Assembly: GCF_017876815.1 (NCBI RefSeq)
Contig: NZ_JAGIOS010000001.1
Span: forward strand, 2,250,001 to 2,282,000
DNA: 32,000 nucleotides
DNA from: Sinorhizobium meliloti
Lineage (GTDB): Bacteria > Pseudomonadota > Alphaproteobacteria > Rhizobiales > Rhizobiaceae
Direction of reading: 5' to 3'
Shown: positions 1 to 9,227 of the stretch, piece by piece
Position numbering within the stretch: the stretch's first letter is position 1
Layout of the letters: each line of letters begins with the position of its first letter
Notes under the pieces: model-generated
What the model was told of the DNA's origin: nothing
The model's input: only the letters and a program-made list of their open reading frames with translations
Database searches by the model: none
Position numbers and translations under genes: made by a program

Positions 1-2
1 AC

Positions 3-266
3 AATGCCGGCGTGAGCCATGCCGTCCTTGGACGCGCTCTCGCGGCCCATTCCCTCGGTCCGCCCCCTGTTCTCGTCGGCCACGACATCTCGCCGGATGC
101 GGAGCGCATGCTGCAGGAGGGGGTAATGACGTTGGTGATAGACCAGAATCCCGACCTGCAGGTCCGCAAAGCCTTGCTTATCCTTGCATCGCGCTTCGGA
201 TTGCCGGGCGGCGTCGCCGAGAGCCCGGTCGTGCCCTTCACCGTGCTCGTCAGGGATAGTCTCTGA
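3..266 (+). CDS. LacI/GalR-family transcriptional regulator, C-terminal fragment (5' end outside window)
   Basis: The frame is open to the window edge and stops at TGA 264-266. The tail ...VLVGHDISPDAERMLQEGVMTLVIDQNPDLQVRKAL... resembles the end of the sugar-binding core of LacI-type repressors. It lies directly upstream of a sugar ABC operon. Confidence 0.6.
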   Translation, partial: NAGVSHAVLGRALAAHSLGPPPVLVGHDISPDAERMLQEGVMTLVIDQNPDLQVRKALLILASRFGLPGGVAESPVVPFTVLVRDSL

Positions 267-345
267 CGCGAGTGCTCCGTTCTCAGTGGACATGTTGCGA
301 CCCGGTCGAGCCGCGGGGTGCCGACCGTCGCGCGCATCATTTGCG

Positions 346-363
346 TTGAGGGAATTCCCTCAA
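346..363. promoter_or_regulatory. Perfect 18-bp palindrome TTGAGGGAATTCCCTCAA, candidate operator
   Basis: Self-complementarity was checked base by base. It sits in the 400-nt gap between the repressor gene and the transporter operon. It has an AATT centre rather than the CG centre usual for LacI operators. Confidence 0.3.
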
Positions 364-482
364 AATACCTCTGGGCCACACCATGCATGTTGCTATTCTG
401 AAACAACCAGAGGCTGAGGTTTCGAGGAGCGGCTGCGGAGCGTGAGGTGCAGGGAGTGCTGCACCTCTTCTCGCGGGCCCCC

Positions 483-531
483 TCTGCTGCATGTCTCCCT
501 TGATCGCCGATCAAAGGAGACATGCAGCAGA
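483..531. repeat. 49-nt near-perfect palindrome (24-nt arms, one mismatch, single-base centre at 507)
   Basis: Arms 483-506 and 508-531 pair at every position except 499/515. It contains GATCAA(A/G)G three times: minus sense at 499-506, plus sense at 509-516 and 530-537. It lies about 140 nt upstream of the binding-protein start codon. Confidence 0.6.
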
Positions 532-667
532 TCAAAGTGCCACAGCAACTTTTGCGCGTCTGATGGGATGCGCGGCGCTGGAGGGAGGACGACGATCGGG
601 AGGAAGCGATCGTCGGCTGGAAAGCGCGGCTTCGGAATCGGGCACACTGTCAGCCACGGAGGAAACG

Positions 668-1702
668 ATGACAGAAAAGAACGGGAATGAACGGAATGAA
701 AGCAATGCGGGGCCCGGCGTCGGTCGCCGCCTGTTTCTGAAAACGGCGGGCATAGGCGGCGTGGCGGCAGCCAGCGGATTGGCCGCGCCGGCACTCGCAA
801 CGGGCGCAAAGCGGAAAGTCGTTTTCGTTGCGCATGAGGATATCCCATTCTTCGCCCCGGTTCGTGCCGGTTTCAAGGAGTTCGGCACCCTACGCGACTG
901 GGATGCCCAATTCTTCGCCCGCGGCACGCCGGCAAACGTCGCCGAAACCGTGCGGCTGCAGGTCGATGCGTTGAATTCCAAGCCCGATGCCGTCGGCTTT
1001 ACCCGCATCAACGAAACCGCTTTCGACGAAAACATCATGCGCGCCAAGGACGCCGGCATTCCCGTCGTTCTCTACAACGTGGCGAGCGCCGGCTACGAGA
1101 AGCTGGACGTTCCCTTCGTGGGCCAGGATTTCATCCCCGCCGGCCGGGTGAACGGGCTTCAGGCCGCCAAATATGCCCATCAGCTTACCGGTAAGACCGA
1201 AGGCAGGATCCTGATCGATAATCCCTCGCCCGGCGTCAGCGCCCTGGAAGAGCGCGCCACGGGCACTGAGCAGGGTATCGACGAATACAACAAGCAAAAC
1301 GGGACCAACTACACATACGAGACTTTCACCACCGCCAACAGCCAGACCGAGGCGTTGTCGCGCATCGACGCCAAGATGCGCGCAACTCCCGATGTGGTCG
1401 GCTTTGCCAGCACTGTCTCAGGCAACTGGTTCGCCGCGATCTGGGCCGAGGACAACGGAATGACCGGAAAATTCGCCAATGGCGGGTTTGACCTCATCCC
1501 GGGCGTCCTCGAGGCCATCGCCGCGGAGACGTCCCACTGGGCGATCGGGCAGAACCCCTTTGCCCAGGGCTGGGTCACGGCGTCGCTGCTCGATATGCAG
1601 CTCGAGGCCGGGTACAAGCCGTTCGACTACGACACGGGCGCCGAAGTCGTCGACAAATCGAACATCGAAGCGGTGGCCGAGCGCGAGGCGCGCTTCGGCT
1701 AA
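668..1702 (+). CDS. Sugar ABC transporter substrate-binding protein (type I periplasmic-binding fold) with twin-arginine signal peptide
   Basis: ORF 491-1702. ATG 668 is preferred because GGAGGA lies just upstream. The N-terminus GRRLFLKTAGIGGVAAASGLAAPALA matches the Tat motif RRxFLK plus an h-region and AxA site. The mature part resembles RbsB/FrcB-like binding proteins. Confidence 0.8.
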   Translation: MTEKNGNERNESNAGPGVGRRLFLKTAGIGGVAAASGLAAPALATGAKRKVVFVAHEDIPFFAPVRAGFKEFGTLRDWDAQFFARGTPANVAETVRLQVDALNSKPDAVGFTRINETAFDENIMRAKDAGIPVVLYNVASAGYEKLDVPFVGQDFIPAGRVNGLQAAKYAHQLTGKTEGRILIDNPSPGVSALEERATGTEQGIDEYNKQNGTNYTYETFTTANSQTEALSRIDAKMRATPDVVGFASTVSGNWFAAIWAEDNGMTGKFANGGFDLIPGVLEAIAAETSHWAIGQNPFAQGWVTASLLDMQLEAGYKPFDYDTGAEVVDKSNIEAVAEREARFG

Positions 1703-1711
1703 GCGAGCGGT

Positions 1712-1740
1712 CACGTGCGCCCCGCACGGGGCGGCACATG
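1712..1740 (+). terminator. GC-rich imperfect hairpin after the binding-protein gene (possible intra-operon attenuator)
   Basis: GTGCGCCCC-gcac-GGGGCGGCAC with one bulge, 10 nt after the stop codon. No U-tract follows. This position after SBP genes is typical in ABC operons. Confidence 0.3.
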
Positions 1741-1802
1741 TCAAAGGGCGAGGGCGATACCGGCGACTTGTTTCGTCGGCATCGCTCGAGCGGGGAGGAC
1801 AC

Positions 1803-2561
1803 ATGCTTCGAGTTCAAAACCTGACCAAACGCTTCGGCCATGTGACGGCCATAAGCAACGTTTCGGCCAATATCCGCAAGGGCCGGGTGACCGCTCTCCT
1901 GGGCGATAACGGTGCTGGCAAATCCACCTTGGTCAAGATGATCTGTGGAACCTATAAGCCGACGCAAGGCAGCGTCTGGGTCAATGGCAAACAGGTCCAC
2001 ATGGACAGTGCGCGCGATGCACTGGCCTTGGGGATCACTGCCGTCTATCAGGATCTGGCGCTGGTCGACCAGCGCAACGTGATACACAACATCTCGCTCG
2101 GCAATATTCCCACCAAATGGGGCGGGCTGGTCGTAGATCGCAAGAAGATGCGGGAGACCGCGGAAAACGCTCTCAGTTACATGAAGGCGAAGCTTCCTTC
2201 TCTCGATATCCCGGTCTCCTCGATGTCTGGCGGGCAGCGTCAGGCCGTGGCGATAGCGAGAGCCTGTGCCTCCGGCGGGCAACTCGTCATCATGGACGAA
2301 CCGACGGCGGCGCTCGGGATTCGCGAGCAGCGCATGGTGCTCGATGTCGTCCACGACCTGCGGGCGCATGGCACGTCCGTTCTGATCATCAGTCATAATC
2401 TGGATCATGTTTTCGAGGTGGCCGACGATCTCCTCATCCTGCGCGGCGGCCGCGTCGTCGCGGAAGTCGAGCGCAATGCCGTCAGTCACGACGAAGTCGT
2501 TCGTCTGATTCTGGCGGGCCAACCCCGAGACGCTGACCTTGAAGAGGAGGTAGCCGCATGA
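1803..2561 (+). CDS. Sugar ABC transporter ATP-binding protein (single ABC domain, FrcA-like)
   Basis: Internal ATG 1803 of ORF 1479-2561 is preceded by GGAGG. Walker A GDNGAGKST, signature SGGQRQ and Walker B LVIMDEPT are present. The upstream part of the ORF is Arg/Ser/Pro-rich junk. Confidence 0.9.
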   Translation: MLRVQNLTKRFGHVTAISNVSANIRKGRVTALLGDNGAGKSTLVKMICGTYKPTQGSVWVNGKQVHMDSARDALALGITAVYQDLALVDQRNVIHNISLGNIPTKWGGLVVDRKKMRETAENALSYMKAKLPSLDIPVSSMSGGQRQAVAIARACASGGQLVIMDEPTAALGIREQRMVLDVVHDLRAHGTSVLIISHNLDHVFEVADDLLILRGGRVVAEVERNAVSHDEVVRLILAGQPRDADLEEEVAA

Positions 2562-3562
2562 GCGAGGCGAATGTGACTATGGCAGCATCCACCCCGCAAG
2601 CCGCGCTCGGCAGGAAGCTCGTGGCCGCAGCGGCAAATTCCCGCGAATTGTCCGTCATCCTGGCTGCGCTCGCCATGTTCGTCGCGCTTTCACTTTCGAC
2701 GGACACGTTCTTTACCGAACTAAATCTGCTGAACCTTCTGAGGCAGATATCCGTCATCGGCATTCTTGCCGTCGGCAGCACCTTCATCTTTATCTCCGGC
2801 GAGATTGATTTGTCGGTCGGCGCATTGCTTGGGCTGCTGGCGATGATCTGCGCCGCCTTGGCGATCAAGATGGAGGGCAACATCTACGGTGCCGCGCTCG
2901 TCGTGGTGGCTCTGGGCGCGATATTGTCGGGCATCAACGGTGTCATCACGACGAAACTGCGCATTCCCTCCTTCATCACCACGCTCGGCATGCTCAGCAT
3001 CTACAGCGGCGCGACACTGGTGCTCTCCAAGGGCATGCCGATCTCCGGCCTGCAAAACGACCTTTTCCGCTCCCTCGTCGCCGGCCGGCTCTTCGGGGTC
3101 GTTCCAGCGCAGGTGATCTGGATGGTGGCCGCGGGCATATTCGGCACCTACCTCCTGCTGTTTACCCGCTTCGGCTATAACGTCTTTGCCACAGGCGGCA
3201 ACAAGAACGCGGCCAAGGCCGTCGGCATCAACACCGACCGGGTGAAGATTCTCGCCTTCGTGGTCAGCGGTATCATGGTCGGCGTCACCTCCTTCATTCT
3301 CGTCGGCTGGTTCCGTGGCGTGGACCCGCAGACCGGCAACGGCCTGGAACTCAGCGTCATCGCGGCGGTCATCATCGGCGGCACCGGCCTGTTCGGGGGG
3401 CAGGGAAGTGTCCTCGGCACGCTGGTGGGCGCGCTGATCATCGGCATGATATCGAACGGCACCGTCCTGCTGGGCGTGGATTCCTATTATGAGCCTGTGG
3501 CGCATGGAACGGTCATCCTGCTTGCCGTCATCATCGATATCTGGGTGCGCAGGCAGCGGTGA
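2558..3562 (+). CDS. ABC transporter permease (RbsC/FrcC-like monosaccharide permease family)
   Basis: ATGA overlap with the ATPase stop codon, with GAGGAGG upstream. The protein is highly hydrophobic and multi-TM, with the Gly-rich C-terminal segments typical of this family. Confidence 0.85.
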   Translation: MSEANVTMAASTPQAALGRKLVAAAANSRELSVILAALAMFVALSLSTDTFFTELNLLNLLRQISVIGILAVGSTFIFISGEIDLSVGALLGLLAMICAALAIKMEGNIYGAALVVVALGAILSGINGVITTKLRIPSFITTLGMLSIYSGATLVLSKGMPISGLQNDLFRSLVAGRLFGVVPAQVIWMVAAGIFGTYLLLFTRFGYNVFATGGNKNAAKAVGINTDRVKILAFVVSGIMVGVTSFILVGWFRGVDPQTGNGLELSVIAAVIIGGTGLFGGQGSVLGTLVGALIIGMISNGTVLLGVDSYYEPVAHGTVILLAVIIDIWVRRQR

Positions 3563-3582
3563 GGGCGGGCGGGGAGAAGGGA

Positions 3583-4446
3583 ATGTCCAAGAGAATAATC
3601 TTTACACAGTCGATCTGGGCGATGGAGCGCCGCGATCCCGATGGTGCGGAACGAAGCGCCGAGGAAAACCTGGATATGATTGCTGCGGCCGGCTTCGACG
3701 GTATCAGCGGTCCGTGCGCGGAGGCGGCAGCCGCCGATGCGCTTGCGGGCGCGGCGGCCGCGAGGGGGCTCGCCGCCCAGGCGGAATGGCAGTGCTTTCC
3801 CAAGACGGTCGACGATTTGAAGCCGGTTCTCGATTTCGCGGCGAAATGGGGCGGTCATCACATCTGCCTGCAGCCCGACGTCCGGCCACGCCGCTTCGAA
3901 GATTGCGTGCCGCTGCTCGAGAGCTGGCTGAGGCTCTCGGAGCAATCGCCGATACCGGTCTGGATCGAGACGCACAGGGACCGGATGACGACCGATCTCT
4001 ACTTCACGCTCGATCTCCTCGAGGCGTTCCCGACCATGGAACTCGTGGCCGACCTTTCCCACTATCTCGTCGGGCGTGAATTCGCATGGCCCGTCAGCGC
4101 GGAAAACCATGGCTACGTCAACAGCATCCTCGACCGGTCCCGGGCGCTGCATGGACGGGTCGCCAGCCGCGAGCAGGTACAGATCGAGATCAGCTTTGCG
4201 CACCACAAGCCGCTGGTCGACCAGTTCCTGGACTGGTGGGAAAGGGCGATGCGCAACTATCTCCTTCGCCCGCAGGACGAGGCGCCGTTCGCATTCAATT
4301 GCGAGCTGGGCCCGCGGCCATATGCGATCACCGATCGTGACGGTCGCGACACGACGGACCGATGGGCTGAGGCGCTGCAACTGCGAGACCTCGTAAGGGA
4401 ACGCTGGGCGCGGGTGCAGGGCAGTCTCGCGTCATCTGCGGCTTGA
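3583..4446 (+). CDS. Sugar phosphate isomerase/epimerase family protein (xylose-isomerase-like TIM barrel; MocC/IolE-type)
   Basis: ATG 3583 is preceded by GGGGAGAAGGGA. The length (287 aa) and general pattern (IFTQSIW..., ...IETHR..., ...ADLSHY...) are consistent with AP-endonuclease-2/xylose-isomerase-like barrels. The family call is by recognition, not by search. Confidence 0.55.
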   Translation: MSKRIIFTQSIWAMERRDPDGAERSAEENLDMIAAAGFDGISGPCAEAAAADALAGAAAARGLAAQAEWQCFPKTVDDLKPVLDFAAKWGGHHICLQPDVRPRRFEDCVPLLESWLRLSEQSPIPVWIETHRDRMTTDLYFTLDLLEAFPTMELVADLSHYLVGREFAWPVSAENHGYVNSILDRSRALHGRVASREQVQIEISFAHHKPLVDQFLDWWERAMRNYLLRPQDEAPFAFNCELGPRPYAITDRDGRDTTDRWAEALQLRDLVRERWARVQGSLASSAA

Positions 4447-4469
4447 AGAACATAATGGAGGAAACGGAT

Positions 4470-5468
4470 ATGAGTGACGCTGTTCAACCCGAAAAGCCGA
4501 ATACCGGTGGCTGGGCGCCGCCGAAACCCGTCGAGACGCCTCCGGTCTTCGTGTGGCCTCCCAAACCCATGGAGCTGTTCAAATGGCTGTTCGGCAAGGA
4601 GGGCTACCTGCTACCCCTCAACATTCCGATCATGCTGATCTCGACCTTCATCTGGTGGTATTTCATTCCCGACCTGGAGCGGATGAAGACATTCGAATTC
4701 GGGTGGATCGCGCAGGTTTATGCCGTCAATCTGGTGTCGCTCGTCGTCTGGACCACGATCTGGCATGCCCGTTTCTACGTGCAGCGGGCGCAGGACACCG
4801 AGTACAAGTACAACAGGCGCTGGCCGAAGGATACCGAGACGTTCATGTTCGGCAGCCAGTTGCTCGACAATATGTTCTGGACGCTGGTGAGCGGTGTCAC
4901 CATCTGGACCGCCTATCTGGTGGTTACGCTGTGGGCGATGGCCAACGGCTGGCTACCCTACCTCGATATGGCGGAGCATCCCTTCTATTTCGCGCTGTTC
5001 ATGTTCCTCATCGCCCTGTTCCGTGAGTTTCATTTCTACTCCGTCCACCGGCTGCTTCACTTCGGACCGCTCTACAAGTGGGTGCACTCGATCCATCACA
5101 AGAACTCGAATCCGATCCCGTGGTCGGGCATGGCGATGCATCCGGTCGAACACCTGTTCTATATGTCCGGCGTGCTCATCCACTGGATCATCCCATCCAA
5201 TCCGCTCCTGGTAGTCTACCATCTGCAGCACCTGGCCTTTATGCCCGCCCCGGATCACAGCGGCTTTGCAAAGCTGGTCGTGAACGGCAAGGCGCAAATG
5301 GATGTCGCCACCTACATGCACTACCTCCACCACCGCTATTTCGAGGTGAATTACGGCGGGGATGGTTCCGTGCCGCTCGATCGCCTGTTCGGGACCTGGC
5401 ACAACGGGTCGGCGGAAGCCCATGAGCGGATGAACAGGCGCTTCAAGGAAAAGAAACTCCAGCGCTGA
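4470..5468 (+). CDS. Integral-membrane di-iron oxygenase, fatty acid hydroxylase/sterol desaturase superfamily (MocD-like)
   Basis: ATG 4470 lies 7 nt after GGAGGA. Several hydrophobic helices are present. Histidine boxes HRLLH, HSIHH(KN) and HYLHHRYF are diagnostic of the membrane di-iron hydroxylase/desaturase family. Confidence 0.75.
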   Translation: MSDAVQPEKPNTGGWAPPKPVETPPVFVWPPKPMELFKWLFGKEGYLLPLNIPIMLISTFIWWYFIPDLERMKTFEFGWIAQVYAVNLVSLVVWTTIWHARFYVQRAQDTEYKYNRRWPKDTETFMFGSQLLDNMFWTLVSGVTIWTAYLVVTLWAMANGWLPYLDMAEHPFYFALFMFLIALFREFHFYSVHRLLHFGPLYKWVHSIHHKNSNPIPWSGMAMHPVEHLFYMSGVLIHWIIPSNPLLVVYHLQHLAFMPAPDHSGFAKLVVNGKAQMDVATYMHYLHHRYFEVNYGGDGSVPLDRLFGTWHNGSAEAHERMNRRFKEKKLQR

Positions 5469-5564
5469 AGTTCAAACCCACCCGTGTCCGGCCGGCCACG
5501 CCGGCCGGCGGGCTTCGGGGAGCATGGCATGAGACCTAGGAGAGGGCCGGTGCATCAGGAAAAT

Positions 5565-6791
5565 ATGGTTATCGTCGGATGCGGTCACGCTGGCGCGCGA
5601 GCGGCGCAGGCCTTGCGGACGAACGGTTGGCACGGCGGGATCACGTTGGTGGATGGCGAGGGCCGCACGCCATACGAACGCCCTCCGCTGTCGAAGGCGG
5701 TGCTGAAAGGAGAGAGCGAGGCAGAGGATGCCCCGCTCTTCCCCGCGGACTTTCTCGCGAAGAACGACATCCACGTTCTGAAGGGGGTCGCGGCCGCGGC
5801 GATCGATCGGCCGACGAGGCAACTGCGATTGTCGGATGGCGGCTCCATCGCCTATCACCGTCTCCTGCTGGCGACCGGAGCGGAGCCGCGCAACCTGATC
5901 GTGCCGGGTGCCGACCTGCCCGGTAGCCACACGCTGCGGAGCGCGGACGACGCCGCCCGGATCTTTCCTTACCTGCGGCCCGGGGCGGAGATCGTCATTG
6001 TCGGAGGCGGGCTAATCGGCCTGGAAGCGGCTGCGAGCGCCACCGTCCGAGGATGCAAGGTTACCGTGGTCGAAGCAGGGCCCAGGCCGATGATGCGGGC
6101 GGTGCCGGCAGAGCTGTCCCACGAAGTCCGCCTGTTCCATGAAAGCAAGGACGTGCGCTTCGTTCTTGGACGCCAGGTGAGCGAGTTGGAAGGCGATGGT
6201 CGCGTCCGTTGCGTTCGTCTCGACGACGGCACGGTCCTGCCATGCACAGCCGTGGTGATCTCGGTGGGCGTCTCCCCCCGGACGGCGCTTGCGGAGGCCG
6301 CGGGACTGGAAATCGACAACGGCATCGCTGTGGACCGTTTCCTGCGGACCTCTGACCCCTTCATCTATGCCGCGGGAGACGCCTGCGCCTTCGAGCAGGT
6401 CTCCGGCCCGCGCATGCGCCTGGAGTGCTGGAAGAATGCGGAGGATCAGGGAACGCTTGCCGGCCGGAACATGCTTGGCAGCGACGAAGCATACGTGCCG
6501 TTGCCATGGATGTGGTCCGATCAGTTCGACCGGACGATGCAGATTGCCGGCCAGGCCGGAGGCAGCGCGGAAGACGTGCGGCGGCGTTGCCCGGACGGTA
6601 CGCTGCTGATCTATCACCTCGACAAGGACCAGATGATCCTCGGCATCAGCGGCTTCGGCTCCATTCGCGAGGTTTCGCGGGGGGTCCGGATGGGTCAACT
6701 CCTCATGGAAAGGGGAATCCGGCCTGGAAGAAAGGCGCTGGCGGATCCAGAATTCGACCTGCGGTCACTCGCCAAGGCGGCCGTGGCCTGA
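5565..6791 (+). CDS. FAD/NAD(P)H-dependent ferredoxin reductase (putidaredoxin-reductase class; MocF-like)
   Basis: MVIVGCGHAGARAA (GxGxxG), RPPLSK, a second dinucleotide fold IVIVGGGLIGLEAA, YAAGD and WSDQF...MQIAG. The start could alternatively be ATG 5529. Confidence 0.8.
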   Translation: MVIVGCGHAGARAAQALRTNGWHGGITLVDGEGRTPYERPPLSKAVLKGESEAEDAPLFPADFLAKNDIHVLKGVAAAAIDRPTRQLRLSDGGSIAYHRLLLATGAEPRNLIVPGADLPGSHTLRSADDAARIFPYLRPGAEIVIVGGGLIGLEAAASATVRGCKVTVVEAGPRPMMRAVPAELSHEVRLFHESKDVRFVLGRQVSELEGDGRVRCVRLDDGTVLPCTAVVISVGVSPRTALAEAAGLEIDNGIAVDRFLRTSDPFIYAAGDACAFEQVSGPRMRLECWKNAEDQGTLAGRNMLGSDEAYVPLPWMWSDQFDRTMQIAGQAGGSAEDVRRRCPDGTLLIYHLDKDQMILGISGFGSIREVSRGVRMGQLLMERGIRPGRKALADPEFDLRSLAKAAVA

Positions 6792-6857
6792 AGAGCGCCG
6801 CTCCGAAGGAAAGGGGCAGAACGTTGTGGACGTGCATAGTGAAAAGTGGAGTTGGGA

Positions 6858-7187
6858 ATGTTGGACGATAGGAACTGGGTCAAGGCATGCGACGCGAAGA
6901 AGGTCGGCCGAGAGGATGTTGCACGGTGGGACCACAGCGGCCGCAGTTTTGCGATATTCCGGACCGCTGACGATCAATATTACGCAACCGATGACATCTG
7001 CACTCACGAATATGCTCATATTTCGGATGGTTTCGTAGAGGGGACGACCGTCGAATGCCCAAGGCACGCCGGCTGCTTCGATTTCCGCACCGGCGAGGCG
7101 CTTAATCCGCCGGTTTGCGTCAACCTGCGCACCTTTCCCGTGAAAGTCGTGGATGGCGCGGTATACATAGACATCGACGAGCGATGA
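6858..7187 (+). CDS. Rieske-type [2Fe-2S] ferredoxin (MocE-like)
   Basis: CTH-x16-CPRH cluster-binding motif in a 109-aa soluble protein. ATG 6858 lies 6 nt after GGAG. Confidence 0.85.
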   Translation: MLDDRNWVKACDAKKVGREDVARWDHSGRSFAIFRTADDQYYATDDICTHEYAHISDGFVEGTTVECPRHAGCFDFRTGEALNPPVCVNLRTFPVKVVDGAVYIDIDER

Positions 7188-7249
7188 TGCTGGCAGGCTC
7201 GTTTGGCCTGCGGCGGTAACGGCGACCCACAGCACGAGGAGATCAGATA

Positions 7250-8290
7250 GTGGCAAAGGCGCTTGTACTTGAAAAGAAGGGGCAGTTGTCGCTGCGCGAC
7301 ATCCCGGTCCGGCGGGATCTGTCGCCGACCGACGTGCTGATCGGAATCCGCACCGTCGGCGTTTGCGGCTCCGATGTCCACTATTATACCCATGGAAAGA
7401 TCGGGCCCTTTGTCGTCAACGAGCCGATGATATTGGGCCACGAGGCCGCGGGCGTCGTTCTGGAGGTCGGCTCGCAAGTCCGGCATCTGAAGAAGGGTGA
7501 CCGTGTCTGCATGGAACCCGGCATTCCGGACCTCTCCTCCCGGTCGTCCAAGCTGGGCATCTACAATGTCGATCCGTCCGTACGGTTCTGGGCCACGCCG
7601 CCGGTCCATGGATGCCTGACGCCCGAGGTCGTTCATCCGGCGGCCTTCACCTATCGTCTGCCCGACCACGTGTCCTTCGCGGAAGGGGCGATGGTCGAGC
7701 CGTTCGCCATCGGCGTACAGGCCGCCCTTCGCGCGGGCATCAGGCCAGGCGATGTCGGCGCCGTCATGGGGGCCGGCCCGATCGGCATGATGACGGCACT
7801 GGCCGCGCTCGCGGGGGGATGCTCCAAGGTCTACGTGGCCGACCTCGCGCAGCCGAAGCTGGATGTCATCGGGGCCTATGAGGGTATCGAGACAATCAAT
7901 GTCCGCCAGCAGGCGGTATCCGAGGCTCTCGCGGGGGCGACGGGCGGCTGGGGGGCGGATGTCGTCTTCGAGTGCTCCGGAGCCGCACCCGCAATCCTTG
8001 CTCTTCCGAGTCTTGCGCGCCCGGGCGGAACCGTCGTGCTCGTCGGCATGCCCGTCGAACCCGTCCCCTTCGATATCGTCGGTATGCAGGCCAAGGAACT
8101 GCGGATCGAGACCGTGTTCCGCTATGCCAATGTCTACGACCGCGCTATCGAACTGATCGCCTCCGGCAAGGTCGATTTGAAACCGCTGATCTCGGCGACC
8201 ATTCCGTTCGACGAGAGTATCGCGGCCTTCGACCGCGCCGTCGAGGCGCGCCCCACGGACGTGAAGATACAGATCGAGATGCCGGCTTAA
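7250..8290 (+). CDS. Zn-dependent medium-chain polyol dehydrogenase (sorbitol/xylitol/L-idonate 5-dehydrogenase-like)
   Basis: GTG start preceded by [16 protein letters not shown] and GHEAAG zinc-ligand motifs and a GAGPIG Rossmann motif are present. Confidence 0.8.
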   Translation: MAKALVLEKKGQLSLRDIPVRRDLSPTDVLIGIRTVGVCGSDVHYYTHGKIGPFVVNEPMILGHEAAGVVLEVGSQVRHLKKGDRVCMEPGIPDLSSRSSKLGIYNVDPSVRFWATPPVHGCLTPEVVHPAAFTYRLPDHVSFAEGAMVEPFAIGVQAALRAGIRPGDVGAVMGAGPIGMMTALAALAGGCSKVYVADLAQPKLDVIGAYEGIETINVRQQAVSEALAGATGGWGADVVFECSGAAPAILALPSLARPGGTVVLVGMPVEPVPFDIVGMQAKELRIETVFRYANVYDRAIELIASGKVDLKPLISATIPFDESIAAFDRAVEARPTDVKIQIEMPA

Positions 8291-8370
8291 GGGCCGGCGG
8301 CTCGGCTCTCCGAACGCCTGCAACGTGCCGGCCGGTACCAATCGCAAACCGACAAGCGTCTGGATTCAAC

Positions 8371-9096
8371 ATGGAATTCTCCGGAAAATCAGTCATCGTC
8401 ACCGGCGGCGGCAAGGGCATCGGACGGGCGACGGTGGCGCTTCTGGCCGCGCGCGGCGCTCAGGTCGTGGCGCTCAGCCGCACGCAGTCCGATCTGGACG
8501 AACTCTCCAGTCAGACCGGCTGCCACGGCATCGTGGCCGACCTTGCCGATGCGGCGGCGGCGCGTGCCGCCATGGTGGAAGCGGGAACCTGTGACATCCT
8601 CGTCAATTGCGCGGGGACGAACGTGCTGGAAAGCCTCATCGACATGACGGATGACGGTTACGACGTCGTCATGAACACAAACCTGCGTGCCGCACTCATC
8701 TGCGCGCAGGAATTCGCCCGAGCCCGCATGGCGGCCGGTGGCGGAGGAGCGATCGTGAACGTCACCAGCATCGCGGGCCACCGCGGGTTTCAGAACCACG
8801 TCTGCTACGCGGCGTCCAAGGCCGGTCTCGAAGGCGCGACGCGCGTGATGGCAAAGGAACTTGGCCCATACGGGATCCGCGTCGTGGCCATAGCGCCCAC
8901 GATCACGATGACTGAGCTTGCGGCCGCGGCCTGGGCGGATCCGCAAAAGAGCGAGCCGATGATGGTCCGTCATCCCGCCGGGCGTTTCGCGACGGTCGAC
9001 GATGTCGCAAGGAGCATCGCCATGCTCCTCTCCTCGGATGCCGAAATGGTATCGGGAGCCGTCCTGCCGGTCGACGGCGGGTTCCTTGCCGTGTGA
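8371..9096 (+). CDS. Short-chain dehydrogenase/reductase (L-xylulose/carbonyl-reductase-like)
   Basis: Internal ATG of ORF 7972-9096. TGGGKGIG cofactor motif and the YAASK catalytic YxxxK are present. The Shine-Dalgarno sequence is weak. Confidence 0.85.
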   Translation: MEFSGKSVIVTGGGKGIGRATVALLAARGAQVVALSRTQSDLDELSSQTGCHGIVADLADAAAARAAMVEAGTCDILVNCAGTNVLESLIDMTDDGYDVVMNTNLRAALICAQEFARARMAAGGGGAIVNVTSIAGHRGFQNHVCYAASKAGLEGATRVMAKELGPYGIRVVAIAPTITMTELAAAAWADPQKSEPMMVRHPAGRFATVDDVARSIAMLLSSDAEMVSGAVLPVDGGFLAV

Positions 9097-9227
9097 GGGA
9101 TCGAGCCGAGCGAGATTTCGCCGAGCAACTTCGACGTCTGACGCCTTTCCTCCGGGCTTTCCTGCCGGTTCCAGTTTATGCCCATACATGACATTGTGCG
9201 AATCTGGAGCAAACTCTGAAGACCGGG

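Noticed and set aside
522-563. 13-codon mini-ORF (MQQIKVPQQLLRV) starting inside the 49-nt palindrome after AAGGAG
   Set aside because: The SD-to-ATG spacing is only 2 nt and the ATG would be buried in the stem. No attenuator logic is evident, so it is probably a by-product of the palindrome sequence.
3700-3790. Ala-rich low-complexity stretch (AEAAAADALAGAAAARGLAAQA) that looked like a DNA-level GC repeat
   Set aside because: It lies in frame inside the TIM-barrel gene with no clear tandem periodicity. It is most simply a GC-driven Ala-rich helix or loop, not a separate feature.
7016-8347. 443-aa minus-strand ORF. The same applies to 1575-2522, 2720-3505, 3487-4380, 6012-6698, 8389-9189, 9573-10487, 15384-16544, 23183-24154, 24663-25772 and 27828-28829.
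   Set aside because: Each is antisense or out of frame to a gene with clear family motifs. They are Arg/Ala/Gly/Pro/Asp-rich and lack start-site context.
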